The notes under the pieces: model-generated
What the model was told of the DNA's origin: nothing
Seen by the model: the letters and a program-made list of their open reading frames with translations, nothing else
Databases searched by the model: none
Shown here: piece after piece, positions 60,537 through 64,000 of the stretch
Position numbering within the stretch: position 1 is the stretch's first letter
Layout: each line of letters begins with the position of its first letter
Translations under genes and position numbers: made by a program
Assembly: GCA_048939995.1 (NCBI GenBank)
Contig: JBHLOY010000001.1
Location: forward strand, 256,001 to 320,000
Length of the DNA stretch: 64,000 nt
Source of the DNA: Promethearchaeota archaeon
Lineage (GTDB): Archaea; Asgardarchaeota; Lokiarchaeia; Sigyniarchaeales; SOKP01
Direction of reading: 5' to 3'

Positions 60537-62300
60537 ATGTATCATTTAGACGATACAGATGTCTTAGACGCTAAATACTACAGAAAGACTTTCAGTATAT
60601 GTCCTGAATGCTTAGAACGTATCCCCGCTGAAGTATACGAAGATGACAATGAAGAGATATGGATGAAGAAAAATTGCCCCGAACATGGAGATTTTAAAGA
60701 CAAGATCAGTTCATCTGCTAAATATTATAAGTGGACACACCATGCAATGAAAGATAAAGATGGAAAGATTGTATGGCAATTTGATAAGGATGGAGAAGCT
60801 AATCCTGCTGATTGTGCTCCAGAAGATCCACGAGGTTGTCCTTATAATTGTGGACTCTGTCCCGAACATTTATCTACTTGTTCCTTAGCTCTAATAGACT
60901 TAACTAATCGCTGTAATTTTTCTTGTAATTTTTGCTACGCGAATGTTGAGAAAGCTGGCTATTTAATTGAGCCAACATTAGAAGAAATCGGACGAATTAT
61001 GGATCACTTTAGAAATAAGCCTATTCCTGCCGTTGCTATCATGTTTACGGGAGGAGAACCAACAGTCAGAAAGGATTTTCCTGAAATTTGTAAGATGGCA
61101 AAGGATAAGGGATTTAAAGAGGTCATTGTAGCTACAAACGGATATGGATTCCAACGTAAGAAAGGTGGACTAGAATTTACTAAAAAATGTTGGGAATTGG
61201 GGTTAGATACCTTATATTTCCAATTTGATGGAATTAATGATATTACTTATGAAAAAACTCGGGGTATTAAAAATCTTATGGCATATAAGCAAAGAGTCAT
61301 TGATAACTGTCGAGAGGTAGGTCTTAGTTCCGTTGTTTTAGTTGCTACAATTGCTAAGGGTGTCACTGATATTGAAATTGGAAACATTATCCAATATGCG
61401 ATCGATAATATTGATGTTGTACGAGGTATTACTTTTCAACCAGTTTCACTCTGTGGAAGAATTACAGCAGAAGAGATGGACAATCTCCGAATAACAAATG
61501 CAGATGTTCTAAAAGCAATTGAGGAACAAACTGGTGGAAAACTCAGCATGGATAATGCATGGTACCCACTAACAACCATTGTAGAATTCGGCAGACTTGT
61601 CGCATATTTAGCTGATGTAGAAGCTATAGAGTTTACCTGCCACCCAGATTGCGGTTTTGCAAGCTATCTAGTTGTCGATCCTGAGACGAACGAGATGGTC
61701 CCCATCATGGATTACTTCGATCCATTGAAAGTAATTGATTTTGCAAATAGATTCTGGGAAAAAGTAAAACATAAAGAAAAAGAGCAGATCAAATTCTTTG
61801 AAAACTTTCTTGGTGATTTTGGGAAGACCTTAGATAAAGGGCTCAACTTTTTGGATAAACAGCAGCTTCGGGCAAGGTTTTTACTAGGTGTATTGCAATA
61901 TATGAAGAAGCCGGGAAAACTTATGGAAATGTTTGGTAGACTAATAATGAACGGAGATTGGGAGAGTATTAGCTCATTCAGTCATGGAACACTTTTACTA
62001 TCAAGTATGCACTTCCAAGATGCATATAATATGGATCTTGAAAGAACTAAAAGATGTATTGTGCATTTTGGAGTAGCTATGCCCGATGGAACAGTAAATG
62101 AAATTTCATTCTGCACTATGAATACAATACATCGCCCTATTATAGAAAAGCAAGTTGCTAAAAAGGTTACCCAAAAAGTTAGAGACGAATTTGATACCTC
62201 AGTTGGTCAAGCTAGAGAAGACCTTGAACAGAAAATAGAGCCTGAGGTCGCTCAAAATGGTGGTATTGATATAAATGAACTAGAAGAGGAGGATGAATAG
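60537..62300 (+). CDS. tes: Tetraether lipid synthase (Tes / GDGT-MAS, MJ0619 family) radical SAM enzyme
   Basis: SICPEC...CPEHG metal site, GCPYNCGLC auxiliary cluster, LTNRCNFSCNFCYAN SAM cluster, GGEPT, FQPVS, HPDCG, MHFQDAYN.D..R..RC, FCT.N. Confidence 0.85.
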   Translation: MYHLDDTDVLDAKYYRKTFSICPECLERIPAEVYEDDNEEIWMKKNCPEHGDFKDKISSSAKYYKWTHHAMKDKDGKIVWQFDKDGEANPADCAPEDPRGCPYNCGLCPEHLSTCSLALIDLTNRCNFSCNFCYANVEKAGYLIEPTLEEIGRIMDHFRNKPIPAVAIMFTGGEPTVRKDFPEICKMAKDKGFKEVIVATNGYGFQRKKGGLEFTKKCWELGLDTLYFQFDGINDITYEKTRGIKNLMAYKQRVIDNCREVGLSSVVLVATIAKGVTDIEIGNIIQYAIDNIDVVRGITFQPVSLCGRITAEEMDNLRITNADVLKAIEEQTGGKLSMDNAWYPLTTIVEFGRLVAYLADVEAIEFTCHPDCGFASYLVVDPETNEMVPIMDYFDPLKVIDFANRFWEKVKHKEKEQIKFFENFLGDFGKTLDKGLNFLDKQQLRARFLLGVLQYMKKPGKLMEMFGRLIMNGDWESISSFSHGTLLLSSMHFQDAYNMDLERTKRCIVHFGVAMPDGTVNEISFCTMNTIHRPIIEKQVAKKVTQKVRDEFDTSVGQAREDLEQKIEPEVAQNGGIDINELEEEDE

Positions 62301-62588
62301 ATGTCAGAAGAGCTAATAGAAACAAAAGATGGACTAAAACTTCGTAAATTGGCTGAGTTAAAGACCTCGACAGCAAAAGAATATGAAGATGCGATGTTAA
62401 ATCGAGTAGAATACTTTAAGAAGAAAAATGAAGCAAAAAGCGGATTCAACAGTATTTTGCAGAACACATTTTTTAAAGCCTTCAGTTCTGCTTTAGATTT
62501 TAAGATAAACATAGATAAAGCCATAGGAGAGGAAAATTTAAAAAAAATTCATGATGTAATAGACAACATCCTCTTATTTGGCTTATAA
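62301..62588 (+). CDS. Hypothetical protein directly abutting tes
   Basis: ATG immediately after the tes TAG; GAGGAGG SD within the end of tes. Confidence 0.7.
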   Translation: MSEELIETKDGLKLRKLAELKTSTAKEYEDAMLNRVEYFKKKNEAKSGFNSILQNTFFKAFSSALDFKINIDKAIGEENLKKIHDVIDNILLFGL

Positions 62589-62787
62589 ATTACTTTTTGA
62601 TACTTTTTTTATTTTATTTTGATTTTCCTTTTAATTCATATTATTATGTATTAATTTCCCTGTAATGATAATAAATATATTTTAAAGGAACTTTATGTTG
62701 TAAAGATCTTCTCATCTTCGATTTCTGTTTAAATTTAATTTTATTTCCAAAACCTATTTTTGAAATAAAATTTTAAATTAGATTATT

Positions 62788-63870
62788 ATGGTATTTAATT
62801 TCTTTACCTTACCTATTACTATCCTTTTTATTATAAATGGATTTATTCAATTATACTACGCAATTAGGTTAAGGAAGAAGTTTGCTCAAAAACATAATTT
62901 TCAAAATTCTATTTTGGTATTTTTTTTATGGATCATTGCAGGGGTCCTATATCCATATTTCTATTTAAGAGAAACTTTCCAAATCAGGTGGTTTCAGGCG
63001 TTATCAATGCAAATTATTTGCATTTACGCCCCACTTCTTATTCTTGGGATATTATTCTACCAATATCAGTTTGTGGTCAAGAAAAATCAAGATTTAAAAT
63101 TAGAGAGAACTATTGAGTCCTTTCAGAACAAAATGATTTTATTATATAATGAGAAGGTGAATAATAAGAATTATCCATTAATTACTGATTTGCATAGAAA
63201 GGCTTTTCATTTAATTCCAGCAGTAGTTATAATTTTTTTGTGGTTTTTTGCGGTTTATCTTTGGGATGGAATTTGGAATGCTGATCTTTTTTGGGGGATC
63301 ACTGGTGAAGAATATGGTATTTTTTTAATTCTAACTGTAGGATATGCCGGATTAATTATATTTGCAGCATTAGACTATATTCGATTATCATATATATTTG
63401 AAAATAGGAGCATATATCACCTAATGCCAAAATCTGTTTCAAATTTATTAGTAAAAACGTTAAAGCCTAATGAAATCTATGAGTTCACTAAACCAGTTGC
63501 GTTAGTATTATCATTTGTACCAATTTTTTTCTTACCAATTAGTATATTTTCAGCTGCTGCCCTTATATCTACTTTGGGAGATGCTGCAGCATCTATCTTT
63601 GGGATATGTTTCGGTAAAAAGAATTTCCCTAAATCTAGTAAAAAAACTATAATCGGATATGTTGCAGGATTTTCCTCTTCATTTATATGTAGTTTATTAG
63701 TGTTTTGGATATTTGAACCCTTACTTTCAGTAATAAAGTTAATGATTATAGCTCTTAGTGGAGCATTAGTTTTTTTAATAATAGATCTAATGAGTCTAAA
63801 AGTCGATGATAATATTCTAAATCCAATATTTTGTGGGCTAGTTATGGTTCTTCTCTATTTATACATTTAA
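62788..63870 (+). CDS. CTP-dependent polyprenol/diacylglycerol kinase (dolichol/phytol kinase family)
   Basis: RKAFHL, GDAAASIFG..FG....P....KT.IG, DDNI; multi-TM. Confidence 0.8.
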   Translation: MVFNFFTLPITILFIINGFIQLYYAIRLRKKFAQKHNFQNSILVFFLWIIAGVLYPYFYLRETFQIRWFQALSMQIICIYAPLLILGILFYQYQFVVKKNQDLKLERTIESFQNKMILLYNEKVNNKNYPLITDLHRKAFHLIPAVVIIFLWFFAVYLWDGIWNADLFWGITGEEYGIFLILTVGYAGLIIFAALDYIRLSYIFENRSIYHLMPKSVSNLLVKTLKPNEIYEFTKPVALVLSFVPIFFLPISIFSAAALISTLGDAAASIFGICFGKKNFPKSSKKTIIGYVAGFSSSFICSLLVFWIFEPLLSVIKLMIIALSGALVFLIIDLMSLKVDDNILNPIFCGLVMVLLYLYI

Positions 63871-64000
63871 AAAAACGCATCAATCCTTTTAATCCCACGT
63901 ATCTCATCATAAGTTATACCAAGAGCATCTAAAATTTGTTCTAAAGCCGATTGCAGCCGCTCTTTATACTTTTTTGAATCTATATCTTGAAGACTTGCTA
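63867..64000 (-). CDS. polB: C-terminal end of a family B DNA polymerase (PolB1-like), truncated by window edge
   Basis: ASLQDIDSKKYKERLQSALEQILDALGITYDEIRGIKRIDAFF* resembles the PolB1 ID..KY...L....EQIL tail with a PIP-like I..FF. Confidence 0.7.
   Translation of the reverse strand, partial: ASLQDIDSKKYKERLQSALEQILDALGITYDEIRGIKRIDAFF

Noticed and set aside
301-63116. Many short ORFs antisense to or overlapping long genes (e.g. 6062..6313, 23350..23646, 36092..36514, 55590..55847, 62252..62524)
   Set aside because: Shadow frames of well-supported CDSs, with no motifs or SD sites
1-64000. CRISPR arrays, tRNA/rRNA genes, IS elements, integrases, in-frame Sec/Pyl readthrough
   Set aside because: No regularly spaced repeats, no GC-rich structured RNA segments, no transposase motifs, and no ORF pair needing stop readthrough was seen by eye

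Overview
A gene-dense, very AT-rich (roughly 30% GC by eye) archaeal chromosomal segment. The best inference is an Asgard archaeon of the Lokiarchaeia type, based on Alba, ACDS subunits CdhB/CdhC, a tetraether-synthase-like radical SAM enzyme, a PolB1-like C-terminus, GGAGGTGA-type Shine-Dalgarno sites, TATA promoters and many acyl-CoA metabolism paralogs. The core (about 11.3-45.5 kb) is a lipid/acyl-CoA catabolic island with 4 thiolase-fold proteins, 4 DUF35 Zn-ribbon/OB proteins, 2 stand-alone SCP2 proteins, 3 acyl-CoA ligases, 3 crotonases, an acyl-CoA dehydrogenase, BKACE, an LLM oxidoreductase, an Fe-ADH and a CrtI-like oxidoreductase with an FNR-[2Fe-2S] partner. Main observations: (1) all four thiolases lack the nucleophilic Cys, and one pair plus two DUF35 genes mirrors the actinobacterial Ltp4-Ltp3-DUF35 sterol side-chain retro-aldolase module, suggesting a thiolysis-independent route for branched (isoprenoid/sterol-like) lipids; (2) the Tes/GDGT-MAS homolog has Phe at the position of the mechanistically important Tyr459 and sits beside a polyprenol-kinase-like gene; (3) a SET/post-SET methyltransferase, an orphan methyltransferase-specificity fusion, a probable ATA start codon and an unlisted small Cys-rich ORF. 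I found no rRNA, tRNA, CRISPR array or transposase. All family assignments come from motif recognition, not database searches.
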